DNA of 64,000 bases, taken from an uncultured Verrucomicrobiota bacterium. GTDB lineage: Bacteria > Verrucomicrobiota > Verrucomicrobiia > Limisphaerales > UBA9464. The position numbers and the translations under genes were made by a program. Positions within the stretch are counted from its first letter, which is position 1, and each line of letters opens with the position of its first letter. Below the pieces are notes generated by a model. That model saw only the letters and a program-made list of their open reading frames with translations, did not search any database and had not been told where the DNA came from. Shown here one piece after another: positions 9,116-19,024 of the stretch. The DNA is taken from the NCBI GenBank assembly GCA_964602595.1, contig CAZRRO010000012.1, positions 4,314-68,313 on the forward strand, written 5' to 3'.

Positions 9116-10768
9116 TCAGTTCTTGATCTGCACACCGGCACCCGCGTCGGTGGAGACCGGCTTGGCATCGGCGCCGACCGCGAAGAGGTGCGTCTGGCTC
9201 ATCACATACATGGTGTCGTTCGCCACAATGGGGGTGCCATAGACGGGAGCGCCCAAGTTGGTCTCGCTGATAACGGTCGCCTTGTCGCCGCCTTTGGAGG
9301 CCAGCACCACGAAGTCGCCGTCCTCGTCGCCGACATAAACCTTGCCGTCGGCCACGAAGGTGGAGCCCCACATGTGAGCCTTCATGTCGTAAACCCAGTT
9401 CACTTTGCCGGTCTTGGCATCGAGGCAGTGGACGAAGCCTGAGAAGTCACCGAGGTAGAGCAGTCCGTTCGCGGGATCTATGCTGACCGTGGAAATCGAG
9501 CGCTTGGCGCCCTTGTAGCTCCAGACCACGGCGGACTTGGTGACGTCGCCCTTCTTCCCGGAGGGATCGATGCAGACAAGATTGCCCACGCCTTCGCCGT
9601 GCTCGGGGTCCTGTCCGACCGCCACATACACCTTGTTGTCGTAGTAGACCGGCGTGGCATTGATTTCGCTGGGACCTTCGGCGGCCGGATACTTGATCGG
9701 CTTGCCGTCCTTCACCTTGTATTCGGGCGGAACGCAATCGACCCACCAAACCTTCTTGATGTAGCTGACGTCGGCTTCGTCTGTGGCGTCCGGTTCAGTC
9801 GGAAAAACCTTGGTGCGGGCCTTGCCGTCTCCCTTTTCGGGCGCGGTGCTCAGGGCGTAAAGCACGCCATCGCCGCCGCCCATGAAGACCTGCCATTTGC
9901 CGTCCACCTTGCCGGCAGACGGGGAAGTCCACTGGCCGTGATAGATGCGGTGGCCGATGCCGGCATTGTCCTCGCCGAGCAGTTCGCCCGTCTCGGGATT
10001 GAGCGCGATGAAGCTGGGGGAGTTCGGTGAAGGAATGTTGACGTGGGTCCAGTCCTGGCCGTTGGAAGTGCAGACGAACAATTTGCCGTCCACCATGATG
10101 ACCGAGCAGTTGGAGGCGTTGTGCGGGAAGACGCCGAGCTCTTCCATCATGTCGTAGCGCCAGATGATGTCGGCATCCTGCGGGCCGGCTTCAGTGGGCG
10201 GCTTGCCGGTGTCGAGCGTGGCGTATTTGCCCTCGTCCTTGTAGGCGCCGTCGTTCCCGTTGGCCATGCCCTCGGTGTCGAGGCAGAGGACCTCGCAGCG
10301 GCTAGTGACGACCCAGAGGCGATTGCCCTGAACGAGCGGGGCGGCCAGTAGGCCGAGGTTTTCCCAGTCATTGACCTTGCCCGATTTCAGCTTGGGCACG
10401 ACCAGCTGCCAGAGGAACTTCCCGGTCTTCTCCTCGATTGCGTAAAGGATGCTGCGGTCGCCGACGTGGCGCTTGTCGCGTGGGGATTCGTTGTTGGTGC
10501 CGACGAAGACCTTGCCCCCGGCGACCACGGGGTTGGCGTAGCTTTGGGACCCGAGCTTGAAGACCCACTTCACATTCTTGGTGGTAGCGAGGTCGATTTC
10601 CTCGGTGCCGGACTTGAGCTTGCCGGGTTCAAACCGGTCGGGCAGGCCCTTGGCCGGGGAATACATGTTGCGGCCGGGATCGTTGCCGCCCCACTGGGGC
10701 CAGTCTTCGGCGCGGGCGAGCAGGCCGGCGCCGACGAGGGCGGCGGTCAGAAGCGGGAGGACTTTCAT
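9116..10768 (-). CDS. Secreted PQQ-like (BamB/YVTN-type) beta-propeller repeat protein
   Basis: Signal peptide MKVLPLLTAALVGAGLLARA; WPQWGG start; repeated G-K/R-hydrophobic-VFVG-T-x-DG-x-LYA-hydrophobic-D/E beta-propeller blades. Confidence 0.75.
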   Translation of the reverse strand: MKVLPLLTAALVGAGLLARAEDWPQWGGNDPGRNMYSPAKGLPDRFEPGKLKSGTEEIDLATTKNVKWVFKLGSQSYANPVVAGGKVFVGTNNESPRDKRHVGDRSILYAIEEKTGKFLWQLVVPKLKSGKVNDWENLGLLAAPLVQGNRLWVVTSRCEVLCLDTEGMANGNDGAYKDEGKYATLDTGKPPTEAGPQDADIIWRYDMMEELGVFPHNASNCSVIMVDGKLFVCTSNGQDWTHVNIPSPNSPSFIALNPETGELLGEDNAGIGHRIYHGQWTSPSAGKVDGKWQVFMGGGDGVLYALSTAPEKGDGKARTKVFPTEPDATDEADVSYIKKVWWVDCVPPEYKVKDGKPIKYPAAEGPSEINATPVYYDNKVYVAVGQDPEHGEGVGNLVCIDPSGKKGDVTKSAVVWSYKGAKRSISTVSIDPANGLLYLGDFSGFVHCLDAKTGKVNWVYDMKAHMWGSTFVADGKVYVGDEDGDFVVLASKGGDKATVISETNLGAPVYGTPIVANDTMYVMSQTHLFAVGADAKPVSTDAGAGVQIKN

Positions 10769-10806
10769 TTCAGTATCTGGATGTTCGTTGGAAAAAGTGG
10801 TCAGGC

Positions 10807-13182
10807 TCAGTTGGCGACGACGCTGATATTGTCCACGGCCACGCGCTGATCCTGCGGCGCGAATCCGAACAGGCCCGGGGAACCGTTGGCGTGGGCCTGC
10901 TTGTGCGGCACTTCGATGCTCCAGGCGTCAGGTTCCGGATCGCCTTTCTTCCACGCCTTGCCCCGCACGATGCCGGAGCCGTCCGCGGCCACGTCGACGC
11001 GGACCTTGAGGTGATACCAGGTGTTTGGGGTCCACTTGAACGGCTTGGCGACCTTGAGCCGTTCCTGGTTGGAGTTCACCTCGATCTCCTGCGAGTTGCC
11101 CTTGAGGATGACGGCGTAGCGTTGGTTGATCAGGCCGACCTCGGACATTTTGCGCTTGTTGCCCTCGCTCAGCAGGTCCGCCTCGATCGTGTAGTTTTTC
11201 ATGTCGGGGAAGCCGAAGAAGATCTGCCCGCGCTGAAAGAGCTTGTTTTCGATCGTCTTCACGAGGGCCTGGTTGGTGCCGCCGTCAAGGTCCTTGCCGC
11301 GGACTTCGAAGCGGAACCGGGCGGAATTCCAAGGCAGCGGCGGATAGGCGAACAGCGTTTCCGGCTCGATGGTGTTGGTGGTCTTGTTGGTCAGCGCGAA
11401 ACTCTGGAAGTCCTGTTTCAGGGGCAGTCCCGGCAGCACCCGGCCCTTGATGAAGCCCGCGAGCTCCTTGCCTTCGGCGCTCAACAGCGTGGCCTTGAAC
11501 TGTCCGGCACTGCCAACCGGGGCCTTTTCCGCCACCAGCTGCCCGTCGGCGTTGAAGCTGCCCTTCATCGTCGCTTTCACCAGCGCGGTGGGCGGGATGA
11601 AGGTCTCCCATTTCACCGACTTGGGATCGACGTTTTCCTGGACGGTGAAGCCGTTGGCGTCCAGCACGCGGATGCGGAAAGACTGGGTTTGGCCGGGGCG
11701 GAGCAGGACTTCGTAGGGAATCGCCTGCAACTGGGCCGCGGGACCGGCCGTGGGCCACGCTTTCGGAGCGGGCGCGCTGGCCAGTCCGGGGTTCTTGCCG
11801 GACTTGCCGAAAGCGTAGAGTTTCTTGTCGGTCTGGACGTAGAGCTTGCCGTTGTAGCCGATCGGTGAGCCGAAGCAGCGGCCGGTCAGTTGCGTGCGGC
11901 TGATCTCCTCCGCGCCGTCGGGGCCGGGCTTGAGCACGATCAGGTCGCCGTTGGAGACGCTGTCCGCATCGGCCTTCGCCGCGTCGTTGGCGTCCTTCAT
12001 CGTGACATACATGGCGATGTAGAGCAGGCCGTCCGCGTAAAACGGGGTGCTCTGGCGCTGTTCGATGCCGACCTTCTTCTTCCACAGCACCTTGCCGGTG
12101 TTGGCGTCCACCGCGGCGAGGTCGCCGGTGCCGGTGACCTCATAGATGGTGTCGCCCACCACGACGGGAGAGCTGGCGAGTGAACCGATGCCGTTCCGCC
12201 ATTGCTCAAAGGTCTTGGGCGGGAAGACGTGGGGAATGACCGAGTTCGTCGGCTTCACCTCGCCTGGGGACGGAATCCGAATAGCGGCCATGCGGCCGAT
12301 TTCGGAGGAGTCGAGGTTCTCCGACTCGTGCAGGGCGATGAGGTTGTCCTTGTGCCGCACCAAGGCGGCGTTGATGCCACCCTTCGCGCCGGCCTTGGCG
12401 AACGGGAAGCGCCAGAGCGGTTCCCCGGTGCGGGCGTTGATCGCCAGGATGGTGCTGTCGCCGCCGGCGCTGTAGAGCACGCGTTTGCCGCCCCAGAGGT
12501 CGAGGTAGGGATTGGAAAAGGTGTTGTCCTGTGGGCGATCACCCGGGGCGCTGGACCAGACGAGTTCGCCAGTCTTCTTGTCGAACGCATAGAAGCGGTC
12601 GCCGGCGGCCCCGTGGGCACCCCAAGCGCTGGTGATGCCGCGGGTGATGACCAATTCCTGGTCCACGACCGGCGAAGCGGTGCGGGAGTTGGGGAAGGTG
12701 AGCCGGCCAAATTCCTCCATCATGGAGTGCTTCCACAGCAGCTTGCCGTCAGGGGTGAAGGCCATCAGCAAGCCCTGCGTGTGCTGCACGTAGAGGTTGC
12801 CGGTCTCGGGATCAATGGTCGGAGACGACGTGGCGTAGCGGAGGTAAATCGTGTCCGAGAGGAAGTCGCTTTCACCGTGCTGCCAGATCAGCTTGCCGGT
12901 ATCGGCGTCGAAGCAGGCGACGTATTCGCGCAGGTCTGGGCCCTCCCCGAGATAGCCGTTCAGGTAAATTCGGCCATTGGCGATGACCGGGGCGCTCTGG
13001 CCGGGGAAGTCGGCGGTCCACAGGGGGGCGGACGCGTCAATCTTTGCGGGCAGGCCTTTCTCGGCGGAGACCGAATCCTGGGTGGGACCTCGCCAGCTGA
13101 GCCAGCCGGAAACGTCGGCGGAAAGGGAGAAGGCGAGGCAGACGGCCGCAGCGACGACGGGGAAAACGTGGGGACGTTTCAT
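10807..13182 (-). CDS. Secreted PQQ-like beta-propeller protein with ~330-aa C-terminal beta-sandwich extension (paralog of upstream gene)
   Basis: Signal peptide MKRPHVFPVVAAAVCLAFSLSA; WLSWRGP; PQQ-type blades (GRIYLNGY, GKLIWQ, GELVWS, GKVLWKK). The C-terminal domain suggests a Big-like/jelly-roll fold. ORF-track start 13473 is probably too far upstream. Confidence 0.7.
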   Translation of the reverse strand: MKRPHVFPVVAAAVCLAFSLSADVSGWLSWRGPTQDSVSAEKGLPAKIDASAPLWTADFPGQSAPVIANGRIYLNGYLGEGPDLREYVACFDADTGKLIWQHGESDFLSDTIYLRYATSSPTIDPETGNLYVQHTQGLLMAFTPDGKLLWKHSMMEEFGRLTFPNSRTASPVVDQELVITRGITSAWGAHGAAGDRFYAFDKKTGELVWSSAPGDRPQDNTFSNPYLDLWGGKRVLYSAGGDSTILAINARTGEPLWRFPFAKAGAKGGINAALVRHKDNLIALHESENLDSSEIGRMAAIRIPSPGEVKPTNSVIPHVFPPKTFEQWRNGIGSLASSPVVVGDTIYEVTGTGDLAAVDANTGKVLWKKKVGIEQRQSTPFYADGLLYIAMYVTMKDANDAAKADADSVSNGDLIVLKPGPDGAEEISRTQLTGRCFGSPIGYNGKLYVQTDKKLYAFGKSGKNPGLASAPAPKAWPTAGPAAQLQAIPYEVLLRPGQTQSFRIRVLDANGFTVQENVDPKSVKWETFIPPTALVKATMKGSFNADGQLVAEKAPVGSAGQFKATLLSAEGKELAGFIKGRVLPGLPLKQDFQSFALTNKTTNTIEPETLFAYPPLPWNSARFRFEVRGKDLDGGTNQALVKTIENKLFQRGQIFFGFPDMKNYTIEADLLSEGNKRKMSEVGLINQRYAVILKGNSQEIEVNSNQERLKVAKPFKWTPNTWYHLKVRVDVAADGSGIVRGKAWKKGDPEPDAWSIEVPHKQAHANGSPGLFGFAPQDQRVAVDNISVVAN

Positions 13183-13295
13183 GGGGAGCCAAGGATTGAA
13201 CCGATGGCCGGCAACATGGCGGGCGCGTCCGGGGCTGGCAACGGATTTAATACGGGTGCGTATCAATTGCCGTCGGTCGCGGACCCGCCGCGAGA

Positions 13296-13730
13296 TCAGT
13301 TCCGCACCACGGCGTTGGGCAGGTCGTTCCGGTCGCCGGGGTGCCGGGGAAAGTGGATCGCCAGCTCGGCGCCGGCCCGGCGGATGCCGGCAATGATGGC
13401 GCCGGACGTGTTGCCCTGCTTGAGCAGGGTTTCCATTTCTCCGGCCACCGCCTGCCAGAATGCTTCGCCGCACCGCAGGTGGATGGCCTCATCACCGACG
13501 ATGGCAAATCGCTGGGACTCCGGCGCAAAGAATAGCAGGACCGCATTGCGCAAGGGAGTTCGGGTCATGCCCAGCCGCTCGAACTCGCGCCGCGCATCGG
13601 CGAGCGGATCGGTGCTCGCCCTGCGGCTGACGAACACCCGAATCTCGCCCGAGGTGCCGCGTTCCGCCTCGCGAATGGCCGCTTGGAGTTCTTGGTCGTC
13701 AATTTGCCGCTGAAACGTTGTCGCATTCAT
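13296..13730 (-). CDS. TPM (TLP18.3/Psb32/MOLO-1) domain protein, cytoplasmic-type
   Basis: 144 aa; GEIRVFVSRRAS...NAVLLFFAPESQRFAIVGDEAI is TPM-fold. It sits in the lemA cluster. Confidence 0.55.
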   Translation of the reverse strand: MNATTFQRQIDDQELQAAIREAERGTSGEIRVFVSRRASTDPLADARREFERLGMTRTPLRNAVLLFFAPESQRFAIVGDEAIHLRCGEAFWQAVAGEMETLLKQGNTSGAIIAGIRRAGAELAIHFPRHPGDRNDLPNAVVRN

Positions 13731-13733
13731 GTT

Positions 13734-14636
13734 TCACCAACTTCCGCTTGCTCCGCCGCCGCCTGAACTGCCGCCACCGCCGCTGAAGCCGCCGAAACTG
13801 CCCCCGCCACCGCCCCAGCCACCCCAGCTCGAATGGCGGCCGGAGTGATCGAAGGCCCAGCCGCGCGGGGACCACATCCGGCCGCGCGAAAGTATCAGCA
13901 GCCAGACCAGCAGCAATATGCCGACGCCGAACAGCGGCGCGGCGCCCAGGCCGAAGAGATACGCAAAGGGATGGCCGAGGCCGCCGATGAAGATGCCGCG
14001 AAACCCTTGGGCCAGACCGCCCGCGACTCCGGACCGCATGCCGCTCAGGGCCCCGCCGATGAGGCCGGCCACCGCGCCCAGGGCCGCGATCCACCGCAGG
14101 CGTTCAAACGAGATCGCCGGCCGCGATTTTTGGCCGGAAGGGGCTCCGCGATACTCGCCGCGGGTGGCAGCCAGGATGGCGGTTACGCCGGCGCGAATGC
14201 CGGCCTCATAGTTGCCTTCCTTGAAACGGGGCGTGATTTCATTGGCGATGATCCGGCCGCACAGGGCGTCGGGCAGGGCGCCTTCGAGGCCATAGCCGAC
14301 CTCGATCCGCAGCTTCCGGTCTTGGGTGAAGACGGCCAGCAGGACACCGTTGTCGCGGGTGCGCTGCCCGATCTTCCAGGCCTGGAACGTCCGGTTGACG
14401 TAGTCTTCCAGCGCGGCGTTGGCGGGCAATGCGCGCTCAATCCAGACGATGACTTGGGACGAAGTGTCCCGCTCGAACGCCTCCAATTCCGAGGTCAATT
14501 GGGCGGCGGCCGAAGCCGAGAGAACTCCGGCACGGTCGGCCAGGTGGGTCGGCGGAGCCGGCGGCGGCGTCTGCCCACTGAGCGCGCAACTCAGCAGGAG
14601 AACCAGCCAGGTCGCCCATGTGCCGGATCGACTCAT
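13734..14636 (-). CDS. TPM-domain protein (YgcG-like) with signal peptide, C-terminal TM segments and Gly-rich tail
   Basis: Signal peptide MSRSGTWATWLVLLLSCALSG; TPM core DRAGVLSASAAAQLTSELEAFERDTSSQVIVWIE...NGVLLAVFTQDRKLRIEVGYGLE; tail WGGWGGGGGSFGGFSGGGGSSGGGGASGSW. The start is set at the ATG overlapping the lemA stop. Confidence 0.7.
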   Translation of the reverse strand: MSRSGTWATWLVLLLSCALSGQTPPPAPPTHLADRAGVLSASAAAQLTSELEAFERDTSSQVIVWIERALPANAALEDYVNRTFQAWKIGQRTRDNGVLLAVFTQDRKLRIEVGYGLEGALPDALCGRIIANEITPRFKEGNYEAGIRAGVTAILAATRGEYRGAPSGQKSRPAISFERLRWIAALGAVAGLIGGALSGMRSGVAGGLAQGFRGIFIGGLGHPFAYLFGLGAAPLFGVGILLLVWLLILSRGRMWSPRGWAFDHSGRHSSWGGWGGGGGSFGGFSGGGGSSGGGGASGSW

Positions 14637-15253
14637 TTCGCCGGGTTGCTGAAGTCGAAGTTCACCTTCGGGGCCTTCTCGCTGCCGGCGTCGGCGGCGA
14701 AATAAGGCTTCGGCTGAAAATTGAAGGTCCACGCGACCAGCACGGTGGGAAAGCGTTGCGACCGGGTGTTATACCGCTGCACGGCCTCGTTAAACCGCTG
14801 ACGCTCGACGGTGATGCGGTTTTCGGTGCCCTCCAGCTGGACCTGCAAGTCGCGGAAGCCTTGGCTGGCCTTGAGGTCGGGATACTTCTCGGCGACGACC
14901 AGGAGGCGCGACAAGGCGGAGCCGAGCGAACCTTGCGCGGCTTGGAACTGCTTGAGCTGTTCCGCGGTATCGGGTGCCGAACCTGGGGCGAGTTTGACCT
15001 GCCCGACCGAAGCGCGGGCCTCAGTAACTTCCTTGAGCACGTTCCGTTCGAAATTCGCTGACCCGGACACCGTGCTGACGAGGTTGGGAATGAGGTCTGC
15101 CCGGCGCTGGTAAACCGTCTCGACTTGCGCCCAGGCCTTGTCCACCTCCTGCCGGGTGCCGACGAGGCCGTTGTAACTGGTGCACCCGCCCACGCCGACT
15201 GCGACCAGCAGCCCGAACAGGGCCGCGACACTGAATGCGATGACTTTTCCCAT
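14633..15253 (-). CDS. lemA: LemA family protein
   Basis: N-terminal TM; RQEVDKAWAQVETVYQRRADLIPNLV...LLVVAEKYPDLKASQGFRDLQVQLEGTENRI is the LemA signature. Confidence 0.85.
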   Translation of the reverse strand: MGKVIAFSVAALFGLLVAVGVGGCTSYNGLVGTRQEVDKAWAQVETVYQRRADLIPNLVSTVSGSANFERNVLKEVTEARASVGQVKLAPGSAPDTAEQLKQFQAAQGSLGSALSRLLVVAEKYPDLKASQGFRDLQVQLEGTENRITVERQRFNEAVQRYNTRSQRFPTVLVAWTFNFQPKPYFAADAGSEKAPKVNFDFSNPAK

Positions 15254-15354
15254 GACGGGTTGATCTCTAGTTCCCTTCGGTCGGATGTCAGGTGGAACTT
15301 CGGCCGGGAAATCCCACCGGCGTTCGCGGCTCGACGTGGACGGCGAAGCCTTGG

Positions 15355-16770
15355 ATGTTCTCCCGCGTAATGGCTCAGGCGGACCTGTTCAGCGTAGCCC
15401 GGCCCGCATCGGATTCGCCGGCGGGGCAGGCGGGTGCTGTCGTCGAGACGACCCGGTCGGCCGCCCCGCTGGCGGCCCGGATGCGTCCGCGGCATCTGTC
15501 CGAATACGCCGGACAAACGCACATCCTCGCGCCGGGGCAGTTGCTGCGCCGGGCCATCGAGGCGGACCGTATCCAGTCGCTGATCTTTTTCGGCCCGCCG
15601 GGCACGGGCAAAACGTCATTGGCCCAAATCATCGCGGCCCACACCAAGGCGAAGTTCGAGCGTCTCAGCGGGGTAGAGTCCAATGTCGCCGACATGCGCC
15701 GGGTGCTGGCCGCGGCCTCGAACCGCCTCGTGAACTCGGGCCAGCCCACGATCCTGTTCGTGGACGAGATCCACCGGTTCAACAAGTCGCAGCAGGATGT
15801 CCTCCTGCCGGACGTCGAGAGCGGGGTGGTGAAGCTCATCGGGGCGACGACCCACAATCCGTTTTTCTTCGTCAATTCGCCCCTCGTCTCGCGGTCGCAG
15901 ATCTTCGAGCTGAAGCCGCTGAGCGAGGGCGAATTACTCGCGCTGCTCCGGCGGGCCTTGGCCGACGAGGAGCGTGGCCTCGGGCACCTGCGGCTGACAG
16001 TGACCGAGGAGGCCCTGGCTCACTTGGCCCGGGTGTCCGACGGGGACGCCCGCAAGGCCTTGAATTCGTTGGAGATCGCCGCCCTCACGACCGAGCCGTC
16101 GGCCGACGGAATCGTCCGCATCGACCTCGCGGTGGCCGAGCAATGCATCCAGAAGAAGGCCATCGTCTATGACGGCGACGGCGATGCGCACTACGACACG
16201 ATCAGCGCCTTCATCAAGTCCATGCGCGGTTCCGATCCCGATGCGACGCTCTACTGGCTGGCGAAGATGATCCATGCCGGCGAGGATCCTCGGTTCATCG
16301 CCCGGCGGATCCTGGTCCACGCGGCGGAAGACGTCGGCTTGGCCGACCCGATGGCGTTGGTTCTGGCGAATTCCGCCTGCCAAGCCGCCGAGGGCATCGG
16401 CTGGCCGGAAGCGCGCATCCCGATCGCCGAGGCGGCCATTTACATTGCGACGGCGCACAAGAGCAATTCGGTGATCACGGCGATTGATGCCGCCTTGGCC
16501 GACGTCCGGAGCGGGCGCACTTTGGAGGTGCCCGCCCACCTCAAGGATGCCCACTATGCCGGGGCCAAGCAGCTGGGGCACGGCGAAGGCTACCAGTATG
16601 CGCACAGCTTCGCGGGACACTTTGTGCCGCAGGATTATCTGGGCGAACCCAGGCGCTATTACGAACCCAGCGATCAGGGCGTGGAGAAGAAGATCCGCGA
16701 ACGGCTCGAGCGCTGGCGCTTTCTGGCCGCCGAGGCGGCCGCAAACAAAACCAAGGATGGTGTGCCATGA
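15355..16770 (+). CDS. rarA: Replication-associated recombination protein A (AAA+ ATPase)
   Basis: FFGPPGTGKTSLA; ILFVDEIHRFNKSQQDVLLPDVE; GATTHNPFF; C-terminal MgsA domain. Confidence 0.85.
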   Translation: MFSRVMAQADLFSVARPASDSPAGQAGAVVETTRSAAPLAARMRPRHLSEYAGQTHILAPGQLLRRAIEADRIQSLIFFGPPGTGKTSLAQIIAAHTKAKFERLSGVESNVADMRRVLAAASNRLVNSGQPTILFVDEIHRFNKSQQDVLLPDVESGVVKLIGATTHNPFFFVNSPLVSRSQIFELKPLSEGELLALLRRALADEERGLGHLRLTVTEEALAHLARVSDGDARKALNSLEIAALTTEPSADGIVRIDLAVAEQCIQKKAIVYDGDGDAHYDTISAFIKSMRGSDPDATLYWLAKMIHAGEDPRFIARRILVHAAEDVGLADPMALVLANSACQAAEGIGWPEARIPIAEAAIYIATAHKSNSVITAIDAALADVRSGRTLEVPAHLKDAHYAGAKQLGHGEGYQYAHSFAGHFVPQDYLGEPRRYYEPSDQGVEKKIRERLERWRFLAAEAAANKTKDGVP

Positions 16771-17348
16771 ACAAGACCAAGGCGGAATTGCGCCGGGAAA
16801 TCCGCACCCGACTGAAGGAACTCAAGCCCGCTTCCGCCTCGACGGACGCGGCCAGCCTGGTGGCGCAGGTCACCCGGCTGGCGGAATGGAAGGCCGCACG
16901 GTCCGTCTTCCTGTTTGTGCCGATGTCCGGTGAACCGGCCGTCGAGGTGCTCCTGGAGCTGGCCCTCGCCGCGGGAAAACGGGTGGCGGTGCCGGCCTAC
17001 GTGGCCGAGACGGACTCCTACATGGCCCGGGAGGTGAAGGTTTCGACCGAGGACTTGGTGACCGGCAAATTCGGGGTCCGCGAGCCGCATCGGCGGTGCC
17101 CCGAGGTGCCCGTGGGCGCGCTGGACTTTGCCGTCGTGCCGGGCGTAGCGTTCACTCCCGACGGGAAGCGCTTGGGCCGTGGCCGGGGATTCTACGACCG
17201 AATGCTGGCTTCCTTCCGGGCGGTGTCCTGCGGCGTCGGGCTGGACGAACAGATCGTGGCCGACATGCCGGTGGAACCGCACGACGTGAAACTCAGTTAC
17301 GTGGCGACGCCCACGCGGCTCTGGGATTGCCGGGCGAAGCCGACCTGA
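16767..17348 (+). CDS. 5-formyltetrahydrofolate cyclo-ligase
   Basis: KAELRREIR...VFLFVPMSGEP...VPGVAFTPDGKRLGRGRGFYDR. Overlaps rarA by 4 nt. Confidence 0.8.
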   Translation: MNKTKAELRREIRTRLKELKPASASTDAASLVAQVTRLAEWKAARSVFLFVPMSGEPAVEVLLELALAAGKRVAVPAYVAETDSYMAREVKVSTEDLVTGKFGVREPHRRCPEVPVGALDFAVVPGVAFTPDGKRLGRGRGFYDRMLASFRAVSCGVGLDEQIVADMPVEPHDVKLSYVATPTRLWDCRAKPT

Positions 17349-17355
17349 AACCAAA

Positions 17356-18915
17356 ATGCAGACCGAAAGTGTCCTGTTGGCGCTGGGATGTTTGGGTGCC
17401 GGCTTCGGCGTTACCTACGCGTTCGGACGGGTAAAGGAACGGGCCCTCAAGGCGGAATTGCTGGCCCGGGAACGGGACCAGGAGGACCGCATGCGCCGCG
17501 AGAGCGAAGCCTTGGCGCTTTCCTTCAAGATCGCCGCCCAGGAACAACTGACCCGCGACCGCGCGGATCTGGAAAAAGCCTTCGCCTCCCAGCGGGAAAC
17601 CTTGGTGGCGGACGAACGGCGCCTGCAGGAGCGCGAATCGTTGGTGACACGCCAGATCGAGCGACTCGCGGAGCAAGACCGGGAGATTCGCCAACGGAAC
17701 GAGGAATTGGATGTGGCCAAGGCCGGCCTGGAAAAAGAACGCACCGAGGTGCGGCGCCAGACGTCGGAAGTCCGGGCCCAGTTGGAGCGTATCGGCCAGC
17801 TCGACAGCACCGCTGCGCGGACCGCCTTGCTTAAGGAGATTGAACGGGAGTCCGCGAAGGACGCCGCCGACCTAAGCCGGCATATTCTGGAGGATTCCCG
17901 CCAACGGGCCGAGGTGCAGGCGCGCCGCATCTTGGCGACCGCGCTCCAGCGCTACGCTGCGAGCCATACCTTTGAGACCACCACCGCCACGGTGGCGCTC
18001 ACCGGCGACGACATGAAGGGGCGCATCATTGGGCGGGAAGGCCGCAACATCCGGGCGTTCGAGGCCGCCACCGGCGTGACCGTGCTCGTGGACGACACGC
18101 CCAACGCCGTGGTGCTTTCCGGCTTTGACCCGGTTCGGCGGGAAATCGCCCGGCAGTCCATGGAACGACTCATCCTCGACGGCCGCATCCACCCGACGCG
18201 GATCGAGGAGGTCGTGGCCGCGGTCTCCGCCGAGATGGAGGCCTTCGTCGAACGGGCCGGCGAGGAGGCGACTTCGCGAGTGGGCATTCCTCCTGTGCAT
18301 CCCGAGGTGGCGAAAATGCTCGGTCGGCTCCACTTCCGGCACAGCTATTCCCAGAACGTGCTCCAACACTCCGTCGAGGTGGCTCACCTGTGCGGTCTAA
18401 TGGCGGCGGAATTGGGCGAGAACATCCAATCGGCGAAACGTGCCGGCCTGCTGCACGACATCGGCAAGGCCATGACCCACGAAGTAGAGGGGCCGCACGC
18501 GATTGTCGGCGCCGACTTCATCAAGCGGTATGGCGAACCGCCCGACATCCTGAACGGGGTCGCGTCCCACCACGACGAGGTGCCGCACGAGAACCTGCTG
18601 GGCATCATGGTGGCAGCCGCCGACGCGATCAGCGCCGCCCGCCCTGGCAGCCGGAGCGAGAGCATGACCACCTACCTCCAGCGGCTCGAGCGGCTGGAAT
18701 TGGTCGCCCGCGAGTTTGCCGGAGTGGAAAAGGCATTTGCGTTCCAGGCCGGCCGCGAACTCCGGGTTTTTGTCCGGCCGGATGAACTGGACGACAACCA
18801 AGCCTTCCAGTTGGCCCAAAAACTGGCCCGCAAGGTCGAGGACGAACTGGTTTATCCGGGCCAGATCCGCATTACCGTGATCCGGGAATCGCGTTGTGTG
18901 GAATACGCCAAGTGA
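17356..18915 (+). CDS. rny: Ribonuclease Y
   Basis: N-terminal TM, long coiled coil, KH domain (GRIIGREGRNIRAFEAATGV), HD domain (LLHDIGKA...ASHHD). Confidence 0.9.
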   Translation: MQTESVLLALGCLGAGFGVTYAFGRVKERALKAELLARERDQEDRMRRESEALALSFKIAAQEQLTRDRADLEKAFASQRETLVADERRLQERESLVTRQIERLAEQDREIRQRNEELDVAKAGLEKERTEVRRQTSEVRAQLERIGQLDSTAARTALLKEIERESAKDAADLSRHILEDSRQRAEVQARRILATALQRYAASHTFETTTATVALTGDDMKGRIIGREGRNIRAFEAATGVTVLVDDTPNAVVLSGFDPVRREIARQSMERLILDGRIHPTRIEEVVAAVSAEMEAFVERAGEEATSRVGIPPVHPEVAKMLGRLHFRHSYSQNVLQHSVEVAHLCGLMAAELGENIQSAKRAGLLHDIGKAMTHEVEGPHAIVGADFIKRYGEPPDILNGVASHHDEVPHENLLGIMVAAADAISAARPGSRSESMTTYLQRLERLELVAREFAGVEKAFAFQAGRELRVFVRPDELDDNQAFQLAQKLARKVEDELVYPGQIRITVIRESRCVEYAK

Positions 18916-18958
18916 ACGGGACAAACGCCAACTCGCGGCAAACTTGGGATTGGCGGTT

Positions 18959-18990
18959 GACAGCCAACGTTCACGCGAATAATCGTCACC
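18959..18990 (+). promoter_or_regulatory. Candidate sigma70 promoter (TTGACA-N~17-AATAAT) and direct GTTCAC repeats upstream of blaI
   Basis: The sequence ttgacagccaacgttcacgcgaataatcgtcacccgttcaca lies 35 bp upstream of the blaI ATG. Confidence 0.3.
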
Positions 18991-19024
18991 CGTTCACAGC
19001 CGTAACTACCCTACCTAAGTAACC

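Noticed and set aside
12202-13713. 503-aa + ORF
   Set aside because: Antisense to the PQQ-propeller and TPM genes; no motifs.
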